Shown: piece by piece, positions 17,974 through 27,362 of the stretch | Layout of the letters: each line of letters starts with the position of its first letter | Position numbering within the stretch: the first letter of the stretch is position 1 | Source: Erysipelotrichaceae bacterium | GTDB lineage: Bacteria; Bacillota_I; Bacilli_A; Erysipelotrichales; Erysipelotrichaceae | DNA length: 64,000 nt | Assembly (NCBI GenBank): GCA_017432895.1 | Contig: JAFRIG010000007.1 | Location: 927 to 64,926 of the forward strand | Direction of reading: 5' to 3' | Program-made: the position numbers and the translations under genes | The notes under the pieces: generated by a model | The model's database searches: none | What the model saw: the letters and a program-made list of their open reading frames with translations, nothing else | What the model was told of the DNA's origin: nothing

Positions 17974-18260
17974 TGAACCCAATGGAATATCTGATGAATG
18001 AATTGAATCTTAGTGAAGAAAAGGCTAAAGAAGTAGCGGACAAGATGAAACAGCTTGCCCACTCCCATCGTCCCCACCATGAAGAAAACAAGGAAGAGGA
18101 AGTCGATGTCTTATCTCTGATCGTGGAAGGGGAAGCGGAGCTGGAAGCTTTTAAGAAAGCGGCGCAAGCTTTGCATTGTAGCGGTTGCGAAAGCCATTGC
18201 AGCCTTCTTACGCCTAATTGCGGAAAAGGCAGAAAGACGGCCCAGTTATTGATGCAGTAA
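17973..18260 (+). CDS. Small hypothetical protein (95 aa) with a C-terminal Cys/His cluster
   Basis: ATG overlaps the exporter stop (TAATG), and its own stop overlaps the next ATG (TAATG). The sequence has a helical acidic middle and ends in 'HCSGCESHCSLLTPNCGKG' (C-x2-C-x3-C-x6-C). I recognise no family. Confidence 0.5.
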   Translation: MNPMEYLMNELNLSEEKAKEVADKMKQLAHSHRPHHEENKEEEVDVLSLIVEGEAELEAFKKAAQALHCSGCESHCSLLTPNCGKGRKTAQLLMQ

Positions 18261-19297
18261 TGACTATGGATAGAAAGAGGATAGGGATCTGCGGTATAAC
18301 CGGGCACATGGAGAAGTTCGCGCAGATCGTCAATGAAAGTGGAATGGCACTTATCGTTTCCCTGTGGGACGAGGATCAAAGTAAAGCCAAGAAGCTGGCT
18401 GAGAAGATCGACTGTCAGGCTTATGAAGATGTCGATGAGATGTTTGTGAAGGAGGGCCTGGATGGGGTATTGATCCTGACGGACAATTATCTCAAGGCAG
18501 ATTTGATGCTCAAGGCGGCAGCTAATGGAGTCTCGATCTTTGTCGAGAAACCGCTGTGTGTGGATCTGAAAGAAGCCTATGCCGTACAAAAGGCCGTCAA
18601 GCAAAGCGGTGTACGCTTCTACATGAGCGATCCTTTCGTGCGCCAGGGTCTGATGTTTGTCGCCAAGTTGATCAAGGAAGATGAACTGGGAAAGATCAAT
18701 GAAGCTTCCTTCCGTTTGAGCCACTATCATTTCGACAAGGATGATCTGATACCTTATTATCGCAAAGACAAGAGACAGGGCGGTATCATGGCGGATGTGG
18801 GTGGCCATGCCTTGCATATGGCTCACTATCTTTTCGGTAAGCCCTTGAAACTAAGCAGTGTTTTAACTTATAACAGCGACCTGGCTAAAGAGAGCGGATG
18901 CGAAGACAACGCCAGGATCGAAATGTTATATGAAGATGATCTGCTGGCCAGCATTTCGGCATCCTTTCTGTCCAAAGGCTTACAGACGGAAATAAATATC
19001 TATGGCGATAAGGCAATGGCCAAGATCCTGCCGGGGGAAAGACCGGGTCAGGAGATCGTCTACATCTATCGCGGTAACAGCGATTTCACGGTCTATGAGA
19101 AACTGCCTGAGGGTCCCAAGCAGCATATCCTGTATTTTTTGGACATGCTGGAAAAGGGTATTCCTAACGAAGAAGTCGGAAAGGATCCTTTGAGCAATTC
19201 CGGGGTCAGTATCGATAATGCCGTGGAATATGTGGAGATCATTGAAGCGATCTACAGGGGAGCCAACAAGGGTCTAATCGACTTGAAAGGAGAATAA
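18260..19297 (+). CDS. Gfo/Idh/MocA family NAD(P)-dependent oxidoreductase
   Basis: The N-terminal Rossmann segment 'RIGICGITGHMEKFAQ...' and 'FVEKPLC' (the EKP motif of the family) support the call. I prefer the start at ATG 18260, which overlaps the upstream stop; the longest ORF starts at 18218. Confidence 0.8.
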   Translation: MTMDRKRIGICGITGHMEKFAQIVNESGMALIVSLWDEDQSKAKKLAEKIDCQAYEDVDEMFVKEGLDGVLILTDNYLKADLMLKAAANGVSIFVEKPLCVDLKEAYAVQKAVKQSGVRFYMSDPFVRQGLMFVAKLIKEDELGKINEASFRLSHYHFDKDDLIPYYRKDKRQGGIMADVGGHALHMAHYLFGKPLKLSSVLTYNSDLAKESGCEDNARIEMLYEDDLLASISASFLSKGLQTEINIYGDKAMAKILPGERPGQEIVYIYRGNSDFTVYEKLPEGPKQHILYFLDMLEKGIPNEEVGKDPLSNSGVSIDNAVEYVEIIEAIYRGANKGLIDLKGE

Positions 19298-20409
19298 TGA
19301 GCATTTATCAGGTAGCGATCGGAACTTTTGATTTCAAAGGTTCGCATGGCGTTTTGACGGGTGTTTTTGACAGCAATGATCTTTCTTTGACTATCGACGG
19401 CACATATAACGAGGAAGTCAATGGCGGACAGCTGTATTATGATCAAAAAAGAAAAGTCCTCTATGTCTGTGATGAGACCAACGGCCATATCGTCAAAGGC
19501 GGAGGTGGTAGGATCTATGCCTATCGGGCAAAGGAAGGCAAACTTGTATTACTGAATTATATCGATACCTTGTTGACCAAGACCTGTTACTGTCATCTGA
19601 ATCATGATGGCAGCTATCTGATGTATGCCAATCACACTGATCGACAGATCGCGACAAAAGTAAGAAAAAAGGAGAACGGCGAATTTGAAAGCGTCCTTAT
19701 TTCCGATGATGGTGGTGTAGGACTGATCTCGATAAACGAAGATGGCAGTCTGAACAAGATCTGTGACATGGTCCTGTATCAGGGTTTCGTCAAAGATGGC
19801 AAGTATCGTCAGCCGCATTGTCACAGCATCAATTCGCCCGACGGGAAGATCTTTTATACCTGTGACAAGGGTTTGGATAAAATCTACAGCTACAAAATTG
19901 ATGAAGAAAAAGGAAAGATCATTCAGCTGGCTGTCAAAGATATGAAGGAGTTTACGGCTCCCCGCTATACGGCTTTTCATCCGAGGTTGCCTGTCATGTA
20001 TGAAAACAACGAGACCAGCAATGAATTGTTTGCGTTTGTCTATGATAAAGAAAGCGGAAACTTGACAGAGATAGACAGACAATTGTTGTTGACGGATCCG
20101 GGCATCCATATGCCGTCCGATCTGCAGGTGGATCACAAGGGCAAATATCTCTTTGCCTGTACCCGCAACGTCAATAAACTGGTGTCTTTCGCTATTAATG
20201 AAGATGGCACTTTGCGGAAAAAGAAGGAATATGATACCGGCAAACATGCTTTGCGCTGTCTTAGTATCACTAAGGATGATGTCTATCTGTTTGGCATGTC
20301 ACATAAAGAAGATACTATCCTCATCTATGGAATCAAAGAGGATGGTGATCTTATCCTGCTGAAGGAAGCCGATGCCATAGCGGCGGGCTGTCTTTGTTTC
20401 CTTGACTGA
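19297..20409 (+). CDS. Lactonase, 7-bladed beta-propeller family (6-phosphogluconolactonase-like)
   Basis: 370 aa with repeated blade-like segments ('HLNHDGSYLMYANH', 'HSINSPDGKIFYTCDKGLDKIYSY', 'FHPRLPVMYENNE', 'VDHKGKYLFACTR'). The start overlaps the upstream stop (TAATG). Confidence 0.7.
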   Translation: MSIYQVAIGTFDFKGSHGVLTGVFDSNDLSLTIDGTYNEEVNGGQLYYDQKRKVLYVCDETNGHIVKGGGGRIYAYRAKEGKLVLLNYIDTLLTKTCYCHLNHDGSYLMYANHTDRQIATKVRKKENGEFESVLISDDGGVGLISINEDGSLNKICDMVLYQGFVKDGKYRQPHCHSINSPDGKIFYTCDKGLDKIYSYKIDEEKGKIIQLAVKDMKEFTAPRYTAFHPRLPVMYENNETSNELFAFVYDKESGNLTEIDRQLLLTDPGIHMPSDLQVDHKGKYLFACTRNVNKLVSFAINEDGTLRKKKEYDTGKHALRCLSITKDDVYLFGMSHKEDTILIYGIKEDGDLILLKEADAIAAGCLCFLD

Positions 20410-20411
20410 TG

Positions 20412-20438
20412 AAACAGGCTGAAAAGGCCTGTTTTTTT
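20412..20438 (+). terminator. Rho-independent terminator closing the MarR-to-lactonase operon
   Basis: AAACAGGC (20412-20419) pairs with GCCTGTTT (20427-20434), followed by T7. Confidence 0.85.
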
Positions 20439-20503
20439 CGTGTTTGCGAAGTTTTGTACAGGAGAAAATCGGGATCGATACGATATAATGGAAACAGAGA
20501 AAT

Positions 20504-22444
20504 ATGAAGATATTCAATTATCAAGCGGTCATCCTTTCCATCCTTTTTGCGAATCTTTCGACTATCAATGGTTCGGTCTTTTCGGATCATACCGGTTTAA
20601 GTCTGAAGACGATCAGAAAGGAAATGGATGATCTGAATCTAATATGTAACGAAAACGGCTGCAATATCATCTCTCATCCGGGCAGCGGTTATGAACTCGA
20701 CGTGCTTGATCGGGATGTTTTCCGCCGTTTCCGTAATCAGGTCGAAAGACAATATCGGAACTCTTTCTTCTATGAGGATGTTCAGGACGAGAGGATCCAC
20801 TATATCATCAGACGCCTTTTATGCCGCAGGAATCTGTATATCAACGATCTGATGGATGAATGCAACTGTTCGGAATCTTCGATCAGAAGGGATATGGCCG
20901 GTATCAAGGAGATGCTGGCGAAATATAAACTGACACTGATCAACCGTACTAATAAAGGTATGTCTTTAGAAGGTGACGAGTGGCATATCAGAGTGGCTTT
21001 CATCAGAGAAAACTACTACTATCTGAAGATGAACAGGGTCTACTTCTTAGATGACGATAAGGAATTCGAGAAGCTGATCAGCTATGACAAAAAGACACTG
21101 GATGAGCTATCAAGTACTGTCAAGGATGTCTTACGTGAACATCAATATTATCTTTCTCATTCGTGCATCAGCCGTTTTTCAGTCCTGCTGTGTGTGAGCG
21201 TGATCCGTCAGCGGCACGAAAATGAACTGCTCGATACTTTCAAGGGACTGGATCTTTCACAAGAGGAAAATATCATCAAAGATATCCTGGCCCGCTTCAG
21301 ATTATTTAACCGCGTGGAGTTTTCAGCCAAGGGTCTTGCCTATCTGGCGATCATGCTTAGGGGATCAAGGCTTCTGAAGTTCAATACGGAGTTCCTTCTG
21401 TTGCCCGATAAAGAAGAGATTCAGGCGATCGTGGATGGTTTTCTGCTGAAACTGAGATCGATCTATAACCTGCATGATGCGGATGTAACGGCCCTGTATA
21501 AGGACCTGTGCGGAGCCATCTATCAGCTCAAATATCTGGGCATGATCGATATGCACGAACACGAAAAGAATATCAATGAATTCACCAGGGATTCTTTGTT
21601 CAATCTGGATCTGGCTTCACTTTTGTACATGTATTTAAAAAACGAAAGGCATTTCAATTGCGACAAATGTGACGTTGCCATTCTTTATCACATTTTCATC
21701 AATTTTAACCTGTATCGTAATGAAGCCATTAGAAGAAAGATCCTGGTCATGGCTGATAAGGGCTATTTCTATGCCCGTTCGATCGCCAATCTGATGAACA
21801 GCCGCAACAGTGTCGATATCGTCGAATATATACCGCGCGACTACATGCGGATATATGATGAGGAGATAGTGACTTATGACGGGATATTGACCGATATCGA
21901 AGAACTGAAACAAAGATTTCCGGATAAGACTTTCGCCTCTCTGAATCTGCATCGTTCAGCCAAACGGATCGCCAATATCTCTCAATATTTCGTTTTGAAT
22001 AAGTCGGATTTTGCCCGGATCTTTTCCATTGACGATATCTTTTATGCCGAGAAGATCAGAAATGAGGAAGATATCCTTAATTATGTCAAGGAGGTCGTGC
22101 TTGAGGGCTATGACGGGGCCGAGAGTTTCATTCTGGAAGCAAAGATTAAGGCCGGTATCTTTGGCAACTTCAAGACCAACAACACATATGTGGTGAGTTC
22201 ATACAACGATTATCTCGATGAGACACTGGTCAGACTCGTTTTTCTGGACAAGACCATCAGGATCGCAAATCACAACGTCAATAAGATCCTGATCTTCAAT
22301 TTTAAGGACAACGATATGTTTACCAGGACTTCGATCATGAACCTGGCTTCCAGGGTCCTTCATTCGCAGAACACTTTCATCAATTACGATCGGGAAAGAG
22401 ATTATCGCAATTTCTTCTCCCTGATGTACGGGGATATCGATTAG
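20504..22444 (+). CDS. PRD-domain transcriptional regulator (BglG/MtlR/LicR-type activator)
   Basis: 646 aa. N-terminal HTH-like segment ('INGSVFSDHTGLSLKTIRKEMDDLNLICNENGCNIISHPGSGYEL'). Its length and its position directly upstream of a PTS operon fit multidomain PRD activators. The PRD assignment rests on architecture and context, not on a verified motif. Confidence 0.6.
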   Translation: MKIFNYQAVILSILFANLSTINGSVFSDHTGLSLKTIRKEMDDLNLICNENGCNIISHPGSGYELDVLDRDVFRRFRNQVERQYRNSFFYEDVQDERIHYIIRRLLCRRNLYINDLMDECNCSESSIRRDMAGIKEMLAKYKLTLINRTNKGMSLEGDEWHIRVAFIRENYYYLKMNRVYFLDDDKEFEKLISYDKKTLDELSSTVKDVLREHQYYLSHSCISRFSVLLCVSVIRQRHENELLDTFKGLDLSQEENIIKDILARFRLFNRVEFSAKGLAYLAIMLRGSRLLKFNTEFLLLPDKEEIQAIVDGFLLKLRSIYNLHDADVTALYKDLCGAIYQLKYLGMIDMHEHEKNINEFTRDSLFNLDLASLLYMYLKNERHFNCDKCDVAILYHIFINFNLYRNEAIRRKILVMADKGYFYARSIANLMNSRNSVDIVEYIPRDYMRIYDEEIVTYDGILTDIEELKQRFPDKTFASLNLHRSAKRIANISQYFVLNKSDFARIFSIDDIFYAEKIRNEEDILNYVKEVVLEGYDGAESFILEAKIKAGIFGNFKTNNTYVVSSYNDYLDETLVRLVFLDKTIRIANHNVNKILIFNFKDNDMFTRTSIMNLASRVLHSQNTFINYDRERDYRNFFSLMYGDID

Positions 22445-22473
22445 AAAAGTTTTTAAAGGAAATTTCTATGATT

Positions 22474-22494
22474 GGCGGCTTGTCCGCCTTTTTT
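22474..22494 (+). terminator. Rho-independent terminator after the PRD regulator
   Basis: GGCGG (22474-22478) pairs with CCGCC (22484-22488), followed by T6. Confidence 0.65.
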
Positions 22495-22598
22495 GTGTGA
22501 AACCGCTTTCTCAAAATTCGCTTGGAAAGGGAAAATCTTGAATCAGTGTTGAATCGTGTGAATTCTATCATATAGGTAGTGAAGGAGAATCTAGAATT

Positions 22599-23090
22599 AT
22601 GATCACTTTTATCCGCGTAGATGACCGTCTTATCCATGGACAGTGTCAGACTAAGATCATTCCTATGAACAGTATCAATCGTGTTATCGGTGTCGATGAT
22701 GCGACAGCCAATAATCCGATGTTGAAGAAGATCTTCGAAATGGCGGCTCCGGCCGGCGTCAGAGTCACAGTCCATAACTTCGAAGACGCCTTGACTCCGA
22801 TCTCCAAGTGCATGGTCAACGACAAGCGTACGCTGATCATCACCAGAAGACCTTCAACGCTGGTAAAACTCTATGACAGACTGCCCGACTTATACAAGGA
22901 AGTCAATATTGCCAATATCCCGCAGGAAAATGAAGGTTTCCTGATCCGCAAGGATATCTGGATCGACAACGAGCAGTTACAAGCCATCAAGGAACTCGAT
23001 AAGAAGGGCGTCAATCTGTTCTTCCAGCAGTTCCCGGGTGACGGCGCTGACAACTTCTACTGGAAGGATGTAAAGGGCAAATACGAATAA
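22599..23090 (+). CDS. PTS mannose/fructose/sorbose family EIIB component
   Basis: 'MITFIRVDDRLIHGQ' contains the family phospho-His motif. 163 aa. RBS GAAGGAG. Confidence 0.9.
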   Translation: MITFIRVDDRLIHGQCQTKIIPMNSINRVIGVDDATANNPMLKKIFEMAAPAGVRVTVHNFEDALTPISKCMVNDKRTLIITRRPSTLVKLYDRLPDLYKEVNIANIPQENEGFLIRKDIWIDNEQLQAIKELDKKGVNLFFQQFPGDGADNFYWKDVKGKYE

Positions 23091-23144
23091 GGCATTAAAG
23101 TATTTCAAAAACTTTAATCATAAAGAAAGGGAGGATAAATACTT

Positions 23145-23942
23145 ATGCAAATTTCCGTCTTGCAAGCTCTCTTATTGGGATTGTTTGCATTTCTGATTGG
23201 TACCAGTTTGTTCCCGTTGGGCTGGCTGAGCCAGAACATCATGAACAAGCCGCTGATCACTTCCGCTATCATCGGTCTCATCATGGGCGATGTCAAGACA
23301 GCTATCCTGGTAGGTGTTCCTATTCAGGCTGTCAATATCGGTCAGATGGCTATCGGCGGCGTCTCCACGCTGCCAAGGATCGATACCTCACTGTGGTTCG
23401 CTCTGCCTATCATGCTGGCTACCGGAAACAAGGATGTTGAGACCTTATTCACGGAAACGCTGGCTATCTGCTACGCTTTCGTTCCGGTAAACGATATTCT
23501 CGGTACTGTCGGTAACATGGTCAAGGTCGCTATCCTGCACAAACAGGACGATATGATCGAAAAAGGCCATATCTCCGATATGTGGTGGTTCCCGATCTTC
23601 GGTCATATCTGGACTTTCGTTCAGAACTTCGTGATCGTCGTGATCTTCTGCCTGGTCGGTTCCAATGTCGTTATGGCTATCGTCAATGCGATTCCGCCGC
23701 AGGTCAACAAGATCATGTCTACTTTCACAGGTCTGTTACCGGCTATCGGTTTCATGGTCCTGATGGTAACCCTTATCCACTCTCCGTTACAGTGGATCTA
23801 CTTCCTGTTCGGTTTCATTCTGGCCGCCGGTTTAGGCTGGAGCACGGTCGCGATCACGATCGTAGGCTGCGTCGTCGGTTACCTGGTCTTCCAGTTCACG
23901 CCGTCTAAGCAGGCTTTAGCAGTAGAGGAGGACGATGACTAA
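23145..23942 (+). CDS. PTS mannose/fructose/sorbose family EIIC component
   Basis: 265-aa polytopic membrane protein. The N-terminus 'MQISVLQALLLGLFAFLIG' and the overall layout are typical of EIIC-Man. Confidence 0.85.
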   Translation: MQISVLQALLLGLFAFLIGTSLFPLGWLSQNIMNKPLITSAIIGLIMGDVKTAILVGVPIQAVNIGQMAIGGVSTLPRIDTSLWFALPIMLATGNKDVETLFTETLAICYAFVPVNDILGTVGNMVKVAILHKQDDMIEKGHISDMWWFPIFGHIWTFVQNFVIVVIFCLVGSNVVMAIVNAIPPQVNKIMSTFTGLLPAIGFMVLMVTLIHSPLQWIYFLFGFILAAGLGWSTVAITIVGCVVGYLVFQFTPSKQALAVEEDDD

Positions 23943-24784
23943 TGTCAGAGATTGAAAGATTAGAATCCTTAAAGAGTAATAAGAAATTCGTCAACGATGC
24001 GTTCTGGGGCTATGTCTGGGGCGTACCGATGAACTTCACGCGTGAGCGTATGTTGGGCTGTTCGATGGTCATCATGCTGGCAAAAGTCGCTAACCAGATC
24101 TATCCCAACGACATCGAAAAGCAGAAAGAGATGTGCCGCAACCATGAGAACTTCTTCAATACCCAGCAGGGTCTTGGTGCTGTCATTTACGGTATCGTCT
24201 TAGGTATGGAAGTTGAAAGAGCGAAGGATCCTTCGATCTCCAATGACCTGATCCAGTCCATCAAACAGGCACTTGCCGGTCCTCTGGCCGGTCTGGGTGA
24301 CTCTTTGATCCAGGCATTACTTACCCCGATCCTCATCTCTATCGGTATGGGCTTATCCGCCAACACCGGTTCGATCATGGGTCCGTTATTCATGTTTGCT
24401 TCCTACACGGCTATCAACACGGCTCTGTCCTATGGCCTTTACAAGGTAGGCTTCAGCTCAGGTATCGCCGGTGCTGAACTGCTGATGGGTTCCGATCTGA
24501 AGGATCGTGCCATCGCCGGTTTCGAAGCTCTGGGTATCATCGTCATCGGTGGTGTCTTAGCCGGTATCATGAACGTCAGAACGGCTTTAGTCGCTACGGT
24601 TGGCGAAACCGTTGTCAATCTGCAGACAGACGTCTTGGATGCATTCTTCCCGAAACTCTTATCGCTGGCAGTCTGCTTCATCGTCTACTATCTGGTCAAG
24701 AAGAAGAACTGGTCTGCTACCAAGATCATGTTATGGATGATCCCGGTCGCTGCTATCGGTTATCTGACGACGATCTTAGCTTAA
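23942..24784 (+). CDS. PTS mannose/fructose/sorbose family EIID component
   Basis: 280 aa. 'FWGYVWGVPMNFTRERMLGCSMV' resembles the EIID N-terminal amphipathic region. The start overlaps the EIIC stop (TAATG). Confidence 0.85.
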   Translation: MSEIERLESLKSNKKFVNDAFWGYVWGVPMNFTRERMLGCSMVIMLAKVANQIYPNDIEKQKEMCRNHENFFNTQQGLGAVIYGIVLGMEVERAKDPSISNDLIQSIKQALAGPLAGLGDSLIQALLTPILISIGMGLSANTGSIMGPLFMFASYTAINTALSYGLYKVGFSSGIAGAELLMGSDLKDRAIAGFEALGIIVIGGVLAGIMNVRTALVATVGETVVNLQTDVLDAFFPKLLSLAVCFIVYYLVKKKNWSATKIMLWMIPVAAIGYLTTILA

Positions 24785-24830
24785 TTAAATAATAATTAGC
24801 TTAATTATCTGATTAAAAAGGAAGACAGTT

Positions 24831-25328
24831 ATGATCCGCTTAAAATATAAGCTTACGGAAGAAGAAGCTGTAAAGTATTATGAAATGATCGGCTCCAATG
24901 CCAGAGAAACCAAGATGGCCCGCGCCTTTGCGATCATCTGGTTCCCCGCATTGCTTGTCGCATTGCTGATAGCTTTGAAGCTTTACCGTTCTTATATCTG
25001 GATAGGGGTCGCTGTCTTCCTTTCCATTATCTGGGCGATGTTCTTTGCCCCATGGATGTTCCGCGATGTCGTCAGGACGGCTGCCCAAAGACAGATGAAA
25101 GAAAAGGGCTTTGTCCGCGAAACGATCGAAGTTATCGATAAGGACGGCATGCTGAATATCAACGGTGTCGACAAAAAGCCCGGTAACTACATCGCTTATT
25201 ATGATCTGTTCGTCGTCGCTTTTGCCGATGACAGCACCCTGATCGTTCCGGAAAGAGCCTTTGAAGGTGATGAAGAGAAAATGCAGCAGTTCATGAAAGA
25301 TGTAGTGATCGCCTGCGGCGAAGAATAG
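24831..25328 (+). CDS. Hypothetical membrane protein (YcxB-like topology: two central TM helices plus a small C-terminal domain)
   Basis: 165-aa ORF inside the PTS operon with hydrophobic helices at aa ~30-75. The family call is tentative. Confidence 0.5.
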   Translation: MIRLKYKLTEEEAVKYYEMIGSNARETKMARAFAIIWFPALLVALLIALKLYRSYIWIGVAVFLSIIWAMFFAPWMFRDVVRTAAQRQMKEKGFVRETIEVIDKDGMLNINGVDKKPGNYIAYYDLFVVAFADDSTLIVPERAFEGDEEKMQQFMKDVVIACGEE

Positions 25329-25329
25329 A

Positions 25330-25803
25330 ATGGCTTTCATTCTTAGAAACAAAAGAAAGATCTTAGTCATCATTCTGTTTGTGATCTGTGCATTGCTGGT
25401 TTATAGAAGCAGCATATCGTTAAAGGGAGACCGGATCACGGGATTGAAACAGCTTAATCCTGCCGGTATCAGTTTCAAGGTGAAAAATACTGATCATGAT
25501 GGAGACTATGAACTTCCGCTTAATGGCGCTTATGATTATTTTGAACTTTTGAAAGAAGCTGATTATGAAAAAGCCGAGGCATCTGCTTTTGAATCAGAAA
25601 CAGAAGGCATCGAGTTAACATTTGATGGATCCGACGCCCAAGGCAATAAGATCCAAATCATCATCAAGGGATATCAGCTGATGTCCATCACTTTACAAGA
25701 AAAAACCGAATTTTACAAAATGACCCACAAAACAGTTGAGCAGACGCAGAGATTGTTGCGTGCCAGCAATATCATTCTGGATATCATTCAGAATGGCCAA
25801 TAA
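25330..25803 (+). CDS. Hypothetical protein with an N-terminal membrane anchor
   Basis: 157-aa ORF starting 1 nt after the previous stop. N-terminal 'ILVIILFVICALLVY' anchor. I recognise no family. Confidence 0.5.
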   Translation: MAFILRNKRKILVIILFVICALLVYRSSISLKGDRITGLKQLNPAGISFKVKNTDHDGDYELPLNGAYDYFELLKEADYEKAEASAFESETEGIELTFDGSDAQGNKIQIIIKGYQLMSITLQEKTEFYKMTHKTVEQTQRLLRASNIILDIIQNGQ

Positions 25804-25866
25804 TCAATTTGTCAGATAAGCTGTTTATGCAGCTTTTATATTTTATAAAGAAAGAAGGAGAACAAT

Positions 25867-26946
25867 ATGCCTGGAAGATTAGAAAACGGAAAAGACATCA
25901 ACTCGATCCCAAGACCCATTAACACGAATATCAAATCGAGAAAAAGGATCCACGAAGCGGAACATCCGGTCCGCTGGTCCTTTATGAAGATCTTAAGAGA
26001 GTATTCGACTTTAAGAGAATTCTATCCCGAGATCAATCCTTATACGGAGTGCTACAAGGTCAGAGACAATACCTGGGCTTTATACAACGATTCTTTTGAT
26101 GGCGTCGGCGATGTCTGGATGTATCTGATCAACGGTCCTGAAAAGGCGATGATCATCGATACTTCCTTCGGAGTCGGTGATCTGAAAGGCCTGATCAAAC
26201 ATCTCTGTGGCGATAAGGAGATCGTTGTTGCCAATACGCACAGCCATTTCGATCACGCCTATGGCAATGCGCAATTTGGCAAGGCTTATTGTCATGAATA
26301 TGAAGTTCCTGACATGGAAACCAAAAATAATCCTCACATCTGGGATTATCTCTTCAATCAGGAAGACCATCCGGTGATGGTTGCCGGAGAAGAGGTCGCC
26401 CCGGGCGAACCTTTATATACCGAGTTTGACAAAAACGATCTGATCAAGTACCAGCCTTGGGAGATCAGCGGTATTCCCAATCACTATGAATTTGATCTGG
26501 GCGGTGGCTATATCGTAGAAGCAATACTGCTGCCGGGTCATACGGCTGGCCAGTGCGGTTACTACGATCATCAGACGGGCTGCTTCTTTGTCGGTGATCT
26601 GACCGGTATCGGCGGCAAACCTAAAGGAGCGCCTTATCGGGAGATGTGCACGGTGGAAGCTATGCACGATGAACTGGAAAAGCTGCAGCCGGAACTCGGT
26701 AAGTTTAGCGGCGTTTTCCCGGGACACGGAGCCTGGGACGTCCATCCGATCAGCCTTAGGTATCTTTATGAGACGACTTGCCAGATCTTAAAGGATCCGT
26801 TCAACTACGACACGGTCAGAGAATTTGAAAGACAGGGCGTCAAGATGGTATCCGCTACCAAGAATATCCACCAGTGGACGGCCTTAAGATACAATCCGAA
26901 TATGGTCACCAAAGCTCAGGTCAGAGCCGACGAGGAGAAAGAATAA
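25867..26946 (+). CDS. MBL-fold metallo-hydrolase
   Basis: 'ANTHSHFDHAYGN' is the HxHxDH motif, and a later 'LPGHTAGQ' supplies a metal-ligand His. RBS AAGGAG. Confidence 0.8.
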   Translation: MPGRLENGKDINSIPRPINTNIKSRKRIHEAEHPVRWSFMKILREYSTLREFYPEINPYTECYKVRDNTWALYNDSFDGVGDVWMYLINGPEKAMIIDTSFGVGDLKGLIKHLCGDKEIVVANTHSHFDHAYGNAQFGKAYCHEYEVPDMETKNNPHIWDYLFNQEDHPVMVAGEEVAPGEPLYTEFDKNDLIKYQPWEISGIPNHYEFDLGGGYIVEAILLPGHTAGQCGYYDHQTGCFFVGDLTGIGGKPKGAPYREMCTVEAMHDELEKLQPELGKFSGVFPGHGAWDVHPISLRYLYETTCQILKDPFNYDTVREFERQGVKMVSATKNIHQWTALRYNPNMVTKAQVRADEEKE

Positions 26947-27362
26947 TGCAAAGCATATTACTGATAAGCCATGGCCAGATGGCCAATGGTGTCAAAGACG
27001 CCTTAAGCATGTTTTTCGGTAAGGATGTAAAACAGCTGGAATCGCTGGCCTTGCTTCCGGAGATGGGTGCCGATGAATTCGGGGCTCAGATCAAGGAAAA
27101 GCTGGAAGAATTAAAAAGTGAAGAAGGGACTATCATCTTTGCGGACGTTTTAGGTGGTACGCCTTACAATCAGGCTTCGCTGCTGTTAAATGAAAAGACC
27201 GATCTGATCGTCGGCATGAATCTGCCGATGCTGATGGAATTTCTGGCGACCAGGGAATATGATGTGATCGGCGTTGATCATCTGCTGGATGTCGGAAAAC
27301 AGGGCATTATTTCCGTCAAGTCGCTGATGGAAGCCGACAGTGAAGAGGTCGATGATGATTAA
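26946..27362 (+). CDS. PTS mannose/fructose/sorbose family EIIA component
   Basis: 'MQSILLISHGQMANG' contains the EIIA-Man phospho-His motif. The ATG overlaps the MBL stop (TAATG). The longer ORF from 26874 lies inside the MBL gene and was rejected. Confidence 0.85.
   Translation: MQSILLISHGQMANGVKDALSMFFGKDVKQLESLALLPEMGADEFGAQIKEKLEELKSEEGTIIFADVLGGTPYNQASLLLNEKTDLIVGMNLPMLMEFLATREYDVIGVDHLLDVGKQGIISVKSLMEADSEEVDDD

Noticed and set aside
17951-18826. 291-aa ORF on the minus strand, antisense to the small Cys-rich gene and the Gfo/Idh/MocA gene
   Set aside because: The plus-strand frames contain recognisable, translationally coupled genes. The antisense product is low-complexity with no recognisable motif. 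Long stop-free antisense frames are frequent here, apparently because of the GAT/ATC-rich codon usage.
22515-22545. TGG...TTG spacing upstream of the PTS EIIB gene, examined as a sigma-54 (-24/-12) promoter for a LevR-like activator
   Set aside because: The spacing between the GG and the downstream element does not fit TGGCAC-N5-TTGC. The regulator also shows no AAA+ sigma-54-interaction motifs, so it is more likely an MtlR/LicR-type activator.
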